Below are positions 1 through 13,379 of a DNA stretch of 64,000 nucleotides, piece by piece. This DNA is from Eledone cirrhosa (lineage: Eukaryota), in NCBI GenBank assembly GCA_964016885.1, contig OZ024741.1:34844001-34908000 (forward strand), written 5' to 3'. The number at the start of each line of letters is the position of its first letter. Positions within the stretch are counted from its first letter, which is position 1. Below the pieces are notes generated by a model. The model ran no database searches, was not told where the DNA came from, and saw only the letters and a list, made by a program, of their open reading frames with translations. Both the position numbers and the translations under genes were made by a program.

Positions 1-498
1 AATGTCACTGGATCGAGATCTTTGGAACCACGCAGTAATACAGAAGACCCTCCTTCCCTACATATAAAGTTAACCTACAGTCAGTGGGCCCCTCCTAACC
101 AAATATACACCCCAACACACTACCACTACTCCATCCTCCCACTCCCACCAACACCACCTTTTCTCTGCAACATCCAGTCCAAACTAAAATGATCGTGTAG
201 GTGTCACAACAAAAAAGCACCCAATCCACACTGTAAAGGGGTCGAGTAGGTGTCATGACAAAAAAAAAAAACGCACGGTCAATGCTGTAAAGTGGTCGTG
301 TAGGAGACACGGTAAAAAGGCTCTCAGTTCACTCTGTAAATGTGGTTAGTGTTAGGAAGGGCATCCAGCCGTAGAAAACCTGCCAGAAACGGGTCTATAT
401 GAGCGAGACATGGTCACCCAATCAACCTTGCCTCAAGTGGGACAAACCCATCTAACCCATGCTAGCGTTGAAGATAGACGTTAAACGATGATGATGAT
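1..498 (+). mobile_element. RTE LINE 3' end (end of ORF, 3'UTR, (GAT)n tail)
   Basis: Matches the 3' ends of the RTE copies at 52300-52794 and 53950-54383; ends GTTAAACGATGATGAT. Confidence 0.85.
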
Positions 499-1156
499 AT
501 AAACAGAAGTTTAAAGTAATGATTGTTTATTAGAAAAGGGGAAAGAGACACAACAGAAGCCTTCTCATTTCAATTCCTGTCAGAAATGTTCTGCCAATTG
601 TGTTAACATCATTTTCAGTAAATTAATCCTCCTGCTTCTCACGGATACTACAGCAAATGTCAAAATCAAAACACAATGCTTGAAAGTGGTTTCTAAATTT
701 AAAATTTAAATCAAATATCAAAGCAACAAGAACATTTTGATGGAGGGATTTTTAATTCCCGAAATATTAGGATAAATTAATAATAAAAATAATAATTTCT
801 ACTATAGGCACAAGGCCACCATGAGTTACCCCTATTTAGCTGTTATTTCTAGGACACCTAAGGACCACCATGAGGTTCCTTCTGTTTAGCTGATATAGCT
901 ACTATTTCTAGCACACCTATGGACCACAATGAGCTTCCCTATTTAGCTGCTATTTTTAGCACACCTATGGACATCCAGCTGTAGAAATCAAGCCAGAATC
1001 AGTTCCTGTCTCACCCTTGCAAGCAGGGAAAAAGCGGACGTAAAATGAAATGATGGACCACTATGAGGTTTTCCCCTATTTAGCTGCTATTTCTCATACA
1101 AAACTGTTTCTGGCTTGGTTTCTACAGCTGGATGCTCTTCCTAATTCCAACCACAT

Positions 1157-2098
1157 TTACAGTGTGTGCTGGGTGCTTTTTACCATGTCTCCTACATGAT
1201 CACTTTACAGTGTGCTGGGTGCTTTTTGTTGTGAGACCTACACCCCCACTTTACAGTGTGTGCTGGATGCTTTTTGTTGTGACACCTACACAACCACTTT
1301 ACAGTGTGTGCTGGATGCTTTTTGTTGTGACACCTACACAACCACTTTACAGTGTGTGCTGGGTGCTTTTTGTTGTGACACCTACACAACCATTTTACAG
1401 TGTGGGCTGGGTGCTTTTTGTTGTGACACCTACACAACCACTTTACAGTGTGGGCTGGGTGCTTTTTGTCATGACACCTACACAACCACTTTACAGTGTG
1501 GGCTGGGTGCTTTTTGTTGTGACACCTACACAACCACTTTACAGTGTGTGCTGGGTGCTTTTTGTTGTGACACCTACACAACCATTTTACAGTGTGGGCT
1601 GGGTGCTTTTTGTCATGACACCTACACAACCACTTTACAGTGTGTGCTGGGTGATTTTTGTTGTGACACCTACACAACCACTTTACAGTGTGTGCTGGAT
1701 GCTTTTTGTCATGACACCTACACAACCACTTTACAGTGTGTGCTGGGTGATTTTTGTTGTGACACCTACACAACCACTTTACAGTGTGTGCTGGGTGATT
1801 TTTGTTGTGACACCTACACAACCACTTTACAGTGTGTGCTGGGTGATTTTTGTTGTGACACCTACACAACCACTTTACAGTGTGTGCTGGATGCTTTTTG
1901 TCATGACACCTACACAACCACTTTACAGTGTGTGCTGGGTGATTTTTGTTGTGACACCTACACAACCACTTTACAGTGTGTGCTGGGTGATTTTTGTTGT
2001 GACACCTACACAACCACTTTACAGTGTGTGCTGGGTGCTTTTTGTTGTGACACCTACACAACCACTTTACAGTGTGGGCTGGGTGCTTTTTGTTGTGA
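1157..2098. repeat. 48-bp minisatellite (~19.5 units) expanded from an RTE/SINE 3'UTR unit
   Basis: Unit ttacagtgtgtgctgggtgctttttgttgtgacacctacacaaccact gives 16-aa periodicity in the overlapping ORFs. It is preceded by an RTE-tail sequence (minus strand, ~1105-1156). Confidence 0.95.
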
Positions 2099-2420
2099 TA
2101 TGAGGAATGCCTTTAACTGCATACACTGGGACCATCTGCTCGATGCCTCAGCCGAGCCCCCCTCTGCCTACCCGCTGGCCTACCTGTCGTATGGAGCCCC
2201 GAGCATGCTCCTTGCTGTTGATACGGTCATACCTTCGGCCACTGGGCTCCAACAGGGCGACCTTTTGGGCCCCCTCCTGTTTGCCCTTGGTACAGACCAC
2301 ATTGCCCGGAGTATCACGGCCCTTCTCAACGTTTGGTATCTCGATGATGCTACGTTGGATGTCTGCCATGACCTACAATCAGTGGTTCCAGCCCTGGCGG
2401 GAATCGGCCTCTACATCTAT
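2099..2420 (+). mobile_element. CRE-clade-like non-LTR retrotransposon RT fragment
   Basis: Tail of ORF 1212-2423: D.RNAFN...YGAPS.L......I.SATGLQQGD.LGPLLFAL...NVWYLDD.TL, typical of CRE-type RT motifs. Confidence 0.7.
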
Positions 2421-2934
2421 TGATTTTGGAGCAGATCCTCTTTCCTGCTCCGAAATCAATAGACGTGTCTGAGGAACCTGCGAATCCAGAGTCAGGTCGA
2501 TCTACACACAAATCGCTCTTCGAGCTGTTCGCCGGGGAAACAATTATAATACGCAATAAATTGAGTTCCGATGCATCACTGATTTTTCGTTTTCCATTCT
2601 ATATATATATATATGTGTGTATGGGTGTATGTTTGTGTTTTTATCTATGTAACTTAATGGTTTGACAAAAGAAAAATAAAGAATTATAAAATTATTTGTG
2701 TAAGTGCAAGTATGTGTTTGTATTCATAAACTGAGAACAACTACAAATGTTAAATCTATTTGTTAATACTACTATTTAAAGCAAGAATTGACAACTTTTT
2801 TTTTAGATATAACTCATCATATGGTGGGCTGCAATACTAAAACAATTCAAGGTAATATTTCATTCAGTATGCCATTTAGAAAGCCAAATGGGCCACAGTT
2901 TGTCCATGATTGATTTAAAGTCTTTCTCAAGCCT

Positions 2935-3172
2935 AGAAGCTCATCAAGCCAGAGTTTATCCTGGTTTTATGTGCTGATTAGTGAGAGAGACTACAAACTG
3001 AGTCCAGCTCAAAGTTAACCTCCTCTACTTGCTACTGGTACTCCATTTTGAATGGACTGGAGCAATGTGAAATGAAGTGTATTGCTCAAGGGTACAATGT
3101 GCCATACAGTCTGGAAATCTCACAACCTTATATTTGTGAACCTAACAGTCTAACCATTAGGCTGCATGTCTT
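2935..3172 (-). mobile_element. degenerate tRNA-derived SINE
   Basis: Reverse complement of the central domain (ccttgagcaa..cacttcatttcacattgctccagt) shared with the SINE at 15213. Confidence 0.6.
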
Positions 3173-3399
3173 CACTTATTAACCTTTTTGATAACCAGCT
3201 TGAAATTGCCTCAGCTATATGATACAACCCAGTTAATTTTAAAACGTTTATCTTTATATTAAAACCTTCCATCATAATTTAATTTTTGTTAAGTAATGTT
3301 CTAAATATTAGTGTACTAATGAAAAATTTAGTTATTTTATTAAATTCCTCCAAATTGAGATTCACCACCACTACACCTGATGTCCCCCCCTCCACACAC

Positions 3400-3541
3400 A
3401 CGCACTCATGTATTTCATGACTCGTACACTGTTCATTTTCCTGACATTTGTACATTATTCTATGTACTACACATGCACCTTTGATGAGTTGTAGTGCACC
3501 TGAGCACTGTACACAATAATTTCATTATTATTATTATTATT
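3400..3541 (+). mobile_element. LINE 3' terminus (probably CR1-type) with stem-loop and (ATT)n tail
   Basis: agtgc-acctga-gcact hairpin followed by (att)n; the same terminus recurs at 23868-23960 and 37070-37110. Confidence 0.55.
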
Positions 3542-4536
3542 AAGGGTGTGAATTGGCAGTATCGGTAGAGGGTTGGATGCCATGCTTTCTAGCATAGTTA
3601 CATCCCTTTACGGTCTGAGTTGAATACCCATTCTGGTTAGTATTGGAACATAGAAATACACTGCAACAACAAGTATTTAAAGGCCATTTTCCTTGCTAAA
3701 ACAAGGGTTAGCTATGCAGGCTCCATGACAAATTTCTCCATTTTGCCCTATCGTCAACATCCCCCACTCCCCAAGCCACTGAATTTCGTTTCTTTCTCCA
3801 TCATCTTTAGCCATATCTTTCTTGGTTTCACCCTTCCTCTACTTCTATATCCATTTTAATCACTCCTCTCATCCAGCAATGTTCATCCTTCCTCAACACA
3901 TGATCCAACCATCTCATTCCATTTTTCTTCACAATATTCATCACTGGTTCTATTCCCATCTTCCTTTACAACTCACTGTCTCTCTCTGAGTGATACTCTG
4001 CACATCCCCCAAACAATTCTCATTTCTAGATTTCTCTTTGGCTCCACATTCATCACCCATGTTTTGCTCCCATAAATCATGGCACATTTGAACATAGAAA
4101 TAGCTGGAAATAGAACAGAGACTCAATATACACAGCTTGTGGTATTTAAACAGAAATAATACAGAAGAGTCTTAATTTTACACTCTAAATATACATCTAA
4201 CTTGTATTATCTTTTTTCTTTGGATAAACAAAAGCTGGCCTTCACATCATCATCATCATCATCATCATCATCGTTTAACTTCTATGTTCCACACTAGCAT
4301 GGGTTAGACGGGTTTGTCCCATTAGAGGCAAGTTGGGTCAGGTGACCGTACCTTGCTCATATAGGACTTTTGGTTAGTATGTACCCTGCTTTCACTAAAT
4401 GTCTCAGATACCCATGTAGTTGTGAGCGGATACATTCACTCCCAATCTTTTCTCTCTCAATCCAGTGGGACATCCAAGATGTGACAGCTGGATGGAGAGA
4501 TGGCTGCTCTAAGCACAAAGCTGGTACTTTCTTTAA

Positions 4537-4741
4537 CCCTTTAGCATTGACATTACTCTATAATTACTATTATATTTTAATGGTAAAGGTTTTATCTCAC
4601 ATACCGAATCTATGAGATGTTGAGGTTATTTATTTCAAGAAAAATACCTTAATGTCAGTATGAGCGGCCAGTTACAGCCAGTTTGAACAGAAAGTAGTGA
4701 GAGAATTCTGGCCGGATATGGGCAGTTTAAATGCTAAAGAG
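4537..4741. mobile_element. piggyBac-like MITE (TTAA-flanked)
   Basis: TTAA|ccctttagcatt...aatgctaaagag|TTAA terminal inverted repeats; it interrupts a minus-strand Nin/Deu-type SINE. Confidence 0.8.
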
Positions 4742-5855
4742 TTAACTACTATGAAGAGATGAAAGGCAAAGTGAGCCTTGGCAGGATTTCAACTCTAGAG
4801 TACAAAGTGAAATAAATATTCTGTACTTTAACAACACTGCCAGATACTGTGTCCATGGTCTTCAAAGGGCCTTGGAGACCATTAAGATTAATTCAGAGGG
4901 AAAACAGATGCTGCTGGAAAAATTCACATGTGCAGGGAATTTTAAAGGGCCTACATTCTGGGGAGGAAGAAGTGAGTATAACAGAGAGTGTACTTGAAGA
5001 GAGAAAGTGGCCTGAACAGAGAAATAGTTGAAAATAGAGTAGATGATATTTGTTAGTGAGCTAAATACTACAAACCCCAAGCTAGTATTTGAAGTTAGAA
5101 ATGAGAGGAGTCATAAACTTTCTAATCTGACTTTTCATCTGCCAACATTAATTCCTCCCACACTCTCAGCTTTCATCAAATCATAAAATAGTCCCAGTTT
5201 TTACCATTTACTCTCCTGCAATGCCAGCTTCTCTGCTTTCATGTTTTCTAAGCTTTCTTCTCTCACTTTCTGCTTATCTCCCTTTTTGTCTCTCAAATGT
5301 GTGTATGTGTTTATATTTTATATTGTATATTTAATACAAACCAGCAAAGCTAATGTCAGTGTGTGTGTATGTGAGTGTAAGTGTGTGTGTGAGTATGTGT
5401 ATGTCACAATAAATGCCAACATCAGGTCAACTGATATTTTACTCTCTTTTCTCTTTTAACCCCCTTCTACCTCTCTCTTTCACCCTCTCTACTTCTCCCT
5501 CTCTGTCTGTATAAGTGTATGTGCATGTGTGTGTGTGTATGAAAGTACACAACAGAAACTGGTCATCTAATATCACAGTAAACAGAAGCTCCCAACAGGA
5601 GTACCCCCCCCCCCAACCTCTCTAGTCTAATTCTAACATACTTCAAAGTGTGTGTCTATCTCACATTGTAATTGTTATAACTGCTATTGTTTTTTGTGTC
5701 CAGGCTAGCATGGGCTGCCTGGAGCTTTGTGAGGTAGTAATTTGTGACCAGATGTTTGTACTGATGCCAACATTTTTAATCACCTTTTATGACATGCGGT
5801 GTACCTATTCTAAAAAATGACTGACATTTGGTAGACAGAAACTATTCAGAAGGTT

Positions 5856-6022
5856 TGGTGTGTGTGCATGCGTGGTGTGTATGTGTGTGTGTGTGTGTGT
5901 GATTGTGTGTGTGTGATTGTGTGTGTGCGTGTGATTGTGTGTGTGATTATGTGTGTGTGATTGTGCATGTGTGTGTGATTGTGTGTGTGTGTGATTGTGC
6001 GTGTGTGTGATTGTGTGTGTGT
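5856..6022. repeat. (TG)n/(TGAT) compound microsatellite
   Basis: Directly visible. Confidence 0.9.
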
Positions 6023-6093
6023 CTATTCATTTCTATCATAATTTTTCAACTGCTTAGTGCCTCAAAAAGACTTAGTTCAGCCCTGGTTTTAAT

Positions 6094-6295
6094 AATGGTT
6101 TCTGATTTAGGCACAAAGCTAGCAATTGGGGGGTATTAAATTGACCCAAGTGCATTACTGGTACTTTATTTTATCAACCCTGTAATGAATAAAAGGCAAA
6201 GCTAACTACAGTGGGATTTGAAACCAGAACATAAAGGGCCATAATTCTTTGCCACGAAGCATGGTATCTGACATCTACCAATACTGATAATCCTC
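6094..6295 (-). mobile_element. Nin/Deu-domain tRNA SINE, degenerate
   Basis: Reverse complement of the 16965-17177 SINE family (ctggtactttattttatcaaccc...aaaggcaaag). Confidence 0.7.
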
Positions 6296-6581
6296 TGGTT
6301 GTAGTAATAAAGATTTGTGGGACCTGTGGAAATCTCATGCTTTATAATTATTCTGATTTTTATTTTGATAAATATGTACATTTCTATGACCCCTGAACCA
6401 GCTCCCTACTCATTTAAATCAGGAGGTAGATAGCCACAATGGCGCCGCGTTCTTATTCCAACTCCCCTGCTCATAAAATTTTGCTAATCTATCTCCAGTG
6501 AAATTTTATTTTATGTGGTAGCATTCCTGCGATAATTAATTTTCTTTAAACATTTAAAAACATTATACATGTATAAAAAAA

Positions 6582-7053
6582 AGTGCAGGGCGATCAAAAT
6601 TGATGGAAGCTATGGAGTAGGTTGACCCAGAAAAACCTGATAAAAACTGACCTTGCACACTTACACCTCTCTAAGGCAATGTCACTGGATCGAGAACTTT
6701 GGCGCTATGCAATAATACAGACGAAGTTAAACCTACAGTCAGTAGGCACCTCTTAACCAAATATACACCCCACTACCCCTAGTCCATCCTCCTCTTTCCA
6801 GCCACAACACCCTTTCTCTGTAAAGTTATGTTGGTACCACAGATCATCCAGTGCACACTGCAAAGTGGTAAAAAGGCTCCCAGTCCACACTGTAAATGTG
6901 GTTGGTGTTAAGAAGGGCATCCAGCCATAGAAAACCTGCCAGATACATTTCTAAACGAGCAAGACACGGTCACCTGACCAATCTTGCCTTAAGTGGGACA
7001 AACACGTCTAACCCATGTTAGCGTGGAAGATGGACGTTAAACGATGATGATGA
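6582..7053 (+). mobile_element. RTE LINE 3' fragment inserted in a DNA-transposon-like repeat
   Basis: [16 protein letters not shown]-encoding sequence, 3'UTR and (GAT)n tail. The flanks (6430-6580, 7055-7200) match 37810-38110 in reverse complement. Confidence 0.8.
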
Positions 7054-10000
7054 TATATACATAACAAAAAAAGTACATCACTAGAAATCCCATGTTATAA
7101 AATATATAGGATGGGTTGGGGTCTCAATATGTAAACTAAACGATTAATTCTTGTTATAAAAAATTCAATGGCGACAACCTAGAAAAATTACCAATTTTCC
7201 AACCGAAGAGTGCAAGATTGAGCCCCACAAGACTGACTGGCTCTTTCAGCATATTCTCCTCACTATCCCCTGGAGTATCACAATACCTATTTTATTCACT
7301 AGAACCATGAAACAGTTGCATGACATGCAGTCATTTCCTTGGTTTATTTCCTTGGTTTATGAAAATATTCAAGATTTTGGAGGGATTTAGTAAAATAACT
7401 GTTATTATTTATATGGTGTTTGCAACACAACTTCAAGGTTCTTACATAAAATTGTAATAATTTTATTTCATTAAAGATTTGGTAACAAAAAGGTTAAAAT
7501 GTTTATATTTATCTATAAATATAAACAATATAACCTTTTTGTTACCAAATCTTTAATGAAATAAACTGTCTATGTTGCAAGTAATTTTGAAAATTATCCA
7601 GAATTTGGAGGGATTTAATAAAATAACTAACTTTCTCATTATTTAGCTGGTGTTTGGAGTATAGCTTATCAAAGGTTCTTACATAAAATTTGGATGGAAG
7701 GTTTTTAAACACAAATTTAAATATTTTAAAATATAAAGGTTAGTATCACAGAACCAGACCTGGCTTCAAGCAGTTTGGTATTAAGAGGGGTAAAGTCAGA
7801 AATTATAGTTGTTGTTTTAAAACATGTTAGAAAGTCTCAGGAAAGAATCGGTGAGCAGATTTTATGGGCAAAACCATCCAGATCAGTTGGAAACAGTTGC
7901 TTCTGATAGGACCCACTAGAAGGGGTGTTTGAGGACTGTGCCTCAACAACACTTTCAAGAAGAAGAAGAAATGATTTATAAATTTTCATAACATTGCTTT
8001 ATGTTCAAAATTTCATCTCATAGTTAAGCTTGTTGAAAGTATAACATTTGAAGACATATGACAACAAGCAGAATATTGTTATAGGTACCAGTAGCTGTTG
8101 TTTTTACTCCAGGTTAGTCCTGATCCAGCAGACATATGATCAGAGATGTTCCACTCAAGTTCATCCTGCTTTTTATTCAAACATACATGATAAATACATC
8201 CAGTACACTCTGTGAAGTGGTTGGTGATAGGAAGGGCATCCATCCACAGAAAACCTGCCAAACAAAGGGTTTGGAGGACTCATCAGCTATGTCAAAGACA
8301 TAATAACTTGTTGGTGCCAAGGTAAAATGCACTCAATAGAACACAGGGTTGTATGTTTAGACCCTGGCCTACATGGAAATCAGTGGCTCCACTTGAGTAC
8401 CGACCAGTCTGTAACTACATGCCCAGCCTTTGTAAGCAGGAAAACAGGTGCTAAACGAAGATGGTGATCATGGTGATGCATTCATAATATACCTATCTTT
8501 TATTCAGTGAAACCAATGTCCTTTAGTATATGTATCATCATCATCATCATCAACACCGTTTTACGTCCATTCTTCCATGCTAGCATGGGTTAGATGGGTT
8601 GTCCTGTTGTGGGCAATGTTGGGTCAGGTGACCATGTCTTGTTCATACAGAACTGATTCTGGCTTGATTTCTACAGCTGGATACCCTTCCTAACACCAAC
8701 CTCATTTACAGTGAGTACTGGGTGCTTTTTTACCATTGTGCCTACACAACCACTTTATAGTGTGGACTGGGTGCTTTTTTGTCATGACACCTACATGACC
8801 ACTTTACAGTGTATCTAGTTAAGATTAGGGACACTGTATACCTATGTGTCATTTGAAGAATCTAAAACAGAATCAGGATGGGCACTTGGCCATAAAAAAT
8901 TATCTCCCATGAGGTGTTGATTAAGCCTAACATTTGTTCATAAGGCTAACTCTGATTTAGCAGGAAAAATGGCCTTAAAATACATGTTAAAGTGTATTCA
9001 ATGTCTTCTCCTTTTTTTAAAACAGTAGAGCATGATTTGAAGGGGATTTGACAGCTATTCTTACCAAGTGGGTAACCACACAGGGGATTCTCCTCACTGG
9101 CTTATGGACACTGACAATAATTCAAATTGGAGTCTAATGTGAGAGTGTTTATGGAGCTGTGGAGAACATGATGTACATAAGTGAAACTTTTAACTAATAT
9201 ATAAATGATGTGATGAGAGAAGGTGGATGTTTGTGGAATTGACCTTTTCATAGCCTTTTAGCAATTGTGTTAATAAAATATAGAACTGATTTATACAGTA
9301 ACCTCTAGAATAATAGTTTCTAATGAAGGCCAGCAATTTGGGTGGAAGGGGAAAGTCAATTATATTGACTCGAGTACTTCACTGGTAGTGGATGAAAGCC
9401 GAAATGATATCCTACTAAGCATTTGTTTGATGCTCTCACATGTTTGCCAATCCACTAGAATAACAATAGTTTCACTGTGTTGCAAATTTACAAATTTTGA
9501 GTAATGAAGTGAGAGAATCAGTTGTTCAAGTACTGAGTACTTGTTTTACTTTGTACTCTTGAGTTGAAATCTTGCTGAGGTCCACATTACCTTTAATTCT
9601 TTCAGGTTAGTTAAAGAAAATACTAGGACTGTGTTGGTGTAGTCATCTCTCCTTCCAGCTTGTCAAATTTCCCCTGATTCAGAGGTTCTCAAAGTGGGCA
9701 TTACCCCCCCCCCCCCCCGGGTATTGAGAAGGTCTAGGGAGGAGCTGGGGTCTAAGGGGATGTTGAGGGTGGGAGACGGTAGAGATGATATAATAGTATA
9801 TCAAATATCAAATGATAAAAATGTATATTTATTTATACATAGTATATATTATATCATTTATTATATATTATTTACAATTTGCATGTAGGCAGGTCTTTCT
9901 GGAAACATGGTTGGAGTGGGGGCTGAGAGTATTATGTGGGCCCAAAAGTTTGATAACCTCTGCCCTACATCAAGAGAAGGGAGGGCAAGAAATAGTCTGT

Positions 10001-10804
10001 ATCTGCTCACAATGCCTTGTGGTATCTGTTATGGTTTTTTACAGTCTTGTTTCAAATCCAACTGAGGTTGATAAAATAATGGGTTAACCAAGATTTATAG
10101 AATAGAGATAATGAAACAATATTCAGGCAATGAGTTTAAAATTTAACTGCCAACACAGGACCAACCAAGTCATAAGAGGACATATAACAATGACCTTTTA
10201 CGGAGCCTCTGTGATTAGTGGAGAAGGAATAGGCGAAGGAATCATGACTCACAGTAGGAAGCAGTACATCAAAATATTGGGTTATCCTCAGGCCAGAGAG
10301 CTGGTTTGAGTGCTTGTTGCAACAAAATGGAGTCTGTCTGTTATAACCTCCACCCCACACACAGGCCAATGCAAAGTTGGTCAAATGTATAATATGGTCA
10401 TCAAATTTGGTAATAGACCCAGACCAGATATGTAATTGTAGACCCCATTTCAAATGAGAAATATTTTAGTAATCACGGTTAAATATACTAACTGATGAAA
10501 TTCCACAGTTTAATTTGAAACAACCAAGTATTAAAGACCAATATTGCATTTTAAGTTTTGTATTTATAAGTTATATATATATAACCCATGCTAGCATGGA
10601 AGATGGACGTTAAACGAAGATGATGATAAACAAATAGTAGAATGGAAAAAGATTCTTTCAGTAGAAAATGTTGAAAGAGATTTTTTCAGTGAAATATCAA
10701 AACATTTATTTATTTACAATGCCAGTTTCAGTGTTATATGCATTGTCAATTGCGGATATGCGGAATATTGTTAAGTTGCATATTTGTACAAATAGTGATA
10801 ATAA

Positions 10805-11000
10805 TAATAATTGTTTATACTTTTGGCACAAAGCCAGCAATTACCCAGTACATTACTAGTACTTTATTTTTTATCGACCCCGTAAGGATGAAAGGCAAAG
10901 TTAACCTTGACGGGATTTGAACTCAGACCATAAAGGGACGTAACTATGCTAGAAAGCATGGCATCCAACCCTCTACTGATACTGCCAATTCACCAATAAT
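10805..11000 (-). mobile_element. Nin/Deu-domain tRNA SINE
   Basis: Reverse complement of the family consensus, including gcctttcatccttacggggtcgataaaa; flanked by (AAT)n. Confidence 0.8.
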
Positions 11001-11607
11001 AATAATAAAAATAAAAACGCTATAAGCAGAGAAGGATGGACAGAGAAATGAACTCTCCTCTCTGAATGAACATGTATGGGAAAATTAATTTTTCTTCCCC
11101 TTTTTATTTTTATTATTATTATTATCACTATTTGTACAAATATGCAACTTAACAATATTCTGCATATCCGCAATTGACAATGCATATAATGCTGAAACTG
11201 GTATTGTAAATAAATTAATGTTTTGATATTTCACTGACAAAATCTATTCAACATTTTCTACTGAAAAAATCTTTTTCCTTTTTACTATTTGTTTTTATAT
11301 ATATCAACTTGTGTGTTACTTTTCTACATTCAATATGTATATATATACATTAAATTCATATATATATCACCATCATCATCATCACTGTTTAATGTCCGTT
11401 TTTCCATGCTAGTATGGGTTAGACAGGTTGTGGCTGGATGCCCTTACTAATGCCAATCATATTTACTGTGTGTGCTGGGTGTTTTTTACAGTGTGGGTTG
11501 GGCATATATATATATATCTATGGTTCTTATATATTTGATATATATTTATCCTTATCGAGCCCTCTTTGGATTTTAGTCTTCAAATTTATTATTATTATTA
11601 CGATATA

Positions 11608-11790
11608 GGGCGGTGGATTGGCAGGGTCGGATGCCATACTTTGATGTATAGAGTTACGGCCCTTGCCATTCTGAGTTCAAATCCCGCCGAGGTTAACTTT
11701 GCTTTTCATCCTTACAGAGTCGATAAAATAAAGTACCAGTAATGTACTGGGTAATTGCTGGCTTGTGCCAAAAGTAGAAACAATTATTAC
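11608..11790 (+). mobile_element. Nin/Deu-domain tRNA SINE
   Basis: Head ggcggtggattggcag, B-box gagttcaaatccc, core tttcatcctt...gtcgataaaataaagtaccag. Confidence 0.8.
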
Positions 11791-11904
11791 TATATATATA
11801 TATATATATATATATGCCCAGCCCACATTGCAAAGTGGTCGTGTGTGTGTATATATATATCAATGTCATTACCATCATCATCATTTTAATGTCCACTTTC
11901 CTTG

Positions 11905-11941
<37 letters not shown>

Positions 11942-12998
11942 AAGATCGGAATTGAGCTCAAATGCAAATATATTACACAAAGAGAAGTGTGTTACACAGT
12001 GAGATGTGTGTAAAGAATTATTACAAGTGAGTTTTACCGTTACTGTATAGAGAACAATATCTACAGGTTTAGAAATTAAATAGAAAAAAACTAAGTCAGA
12101 ATCAAATCTCTGGATTAGAGTTTTAAATTACCAACCTTATAACTATAGGTTTGCTGATACAAATCTCGCTTCGTTTCACCACTGGGCAGCGTGTGTATTA
12201 GCTTTCTCTCTATCCATGAGGTTAGATGTGTCGTGAACAGTGTTCGCATTTGCTGACTGAGGATCCTGTGACCTGTTATACTTCACATATAAGTGGTGAA
12301 ATATATTAACAAATGACTGAATCTCTCAAAATGGAATATTTTACACATTTAGAATTTGACGATAAACTATATCTTTTGTACAGTATAAGTTTAAAAAAAA
12401 GAAATTTTAGCACCACCATCATTACCACTCTCCCTCCCTCTCTCTCTCTCACACACACACTTTTACCATCCCCTTTTCACAGGATGACCAAAGTTTCAAT
12501 AAGTAGTTCATCTTGTAGCCTTCTCTTCCTCTCTTTCACAGATTCTTACTGTCCTCTTTCAATCATCATCATTATCATCATCATTTAACCAATTTCCACA
12601 CTAGCATAGGTTAGACAGGTTGTCTCATTTGAAGCAAGTTGGGTCAGGTGACTGTATCTTGCTCATATACAACTATTTCTGTCTAGGTTTCCACAGCTGG
12701 ATGACCTTCCTAACACCAACCACATTTACAGTGTGTGCTGGGTGTTTTTTGTCATGACACCTACACGACCACTTATATATATATATATATATATAAGTAT
12801 GTATACGTACATACATATATGTATACAGACGTACAATAGTATGTATATATATATACATACATGCACACATATATATATGTACGTATGGATTCACCAAACA
12901 TTTATTATAATGCTCGGTGTGTTTGTAAACAAACATCCCGTATAAAGCCGCAATGTCTAGCAACCACTGTTGCTCATTTGTTCAACACTGACAAAGGA

Positions 12999-13041
12999 AC
13001 GCTGTACTAGTTTCAAGCTTATTAGCTATCGTCAGCAACGT
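12999..13041 (-). ncRNA. minimal type-I hammerhead ribozyme (family A)
   Basis: Minus strand: acgttg-CTGACGA-t-agct-aata-agct-t-GAAA-CTAGTA-cagcgt; palindromic stem III (ACTAGT), GUA cleavage triplet. Confidence 0.8.
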
Positions 13042-13336
13042 ATACCTTCCTAAATGTTTGGTGAATCCATACGTACATATATATATGTGTGCATGTATGT
13101 ATATATACATACTACTGTACGTCTGTATACATATATGTATGTACGTATACATACTTATATTTAAGTAACAGCCGTACTAAGAGTGGGAAATGAAATTTCG
13201 TTTCATTTTTTCCGTTTATCGTTTTCGGTGGACCCGGCTGATTAACCCACTCGATATGCAAATTGGGCTACTCAGCCGTTAATATGCTTAAGGAAAGTAT
13301 ATACTTTCAGACGTTCAATCATCTGCAGGAAGGTAT

Positions 13337-13379
13337 ACGTTGCTGACGATAGTTTATAAGCTTGAAACTAGTATAGCGT
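13337..13379 (+). ncRNA. minimal type-I hammerhead ribozyme (family A)
   Basis: acgttg-CTGACGA-t-agtt-tata-agct-t-GAAA-CTAGTA-tagcgt. Confidence 0.78.

Noticed and set aside
1132-2103. Long repetitive ORFs on both strands; CRISPR-like appearance
   Set aside because: A 48-bp unit divisible by 3 with no stops in several frames; no unique spacers and no cas genes; the unit derives from a LINE 3'UTR.
4845-4980. Open stretch ending in a gtgagt donor-like site
   Set aside because: No recognisable domain, weak acceptor and no partner exons found.
10136-10453. 105-aa minus-strand ORF
   Set aside because: No recognisable domain or splice context; probably a decayed repeat.
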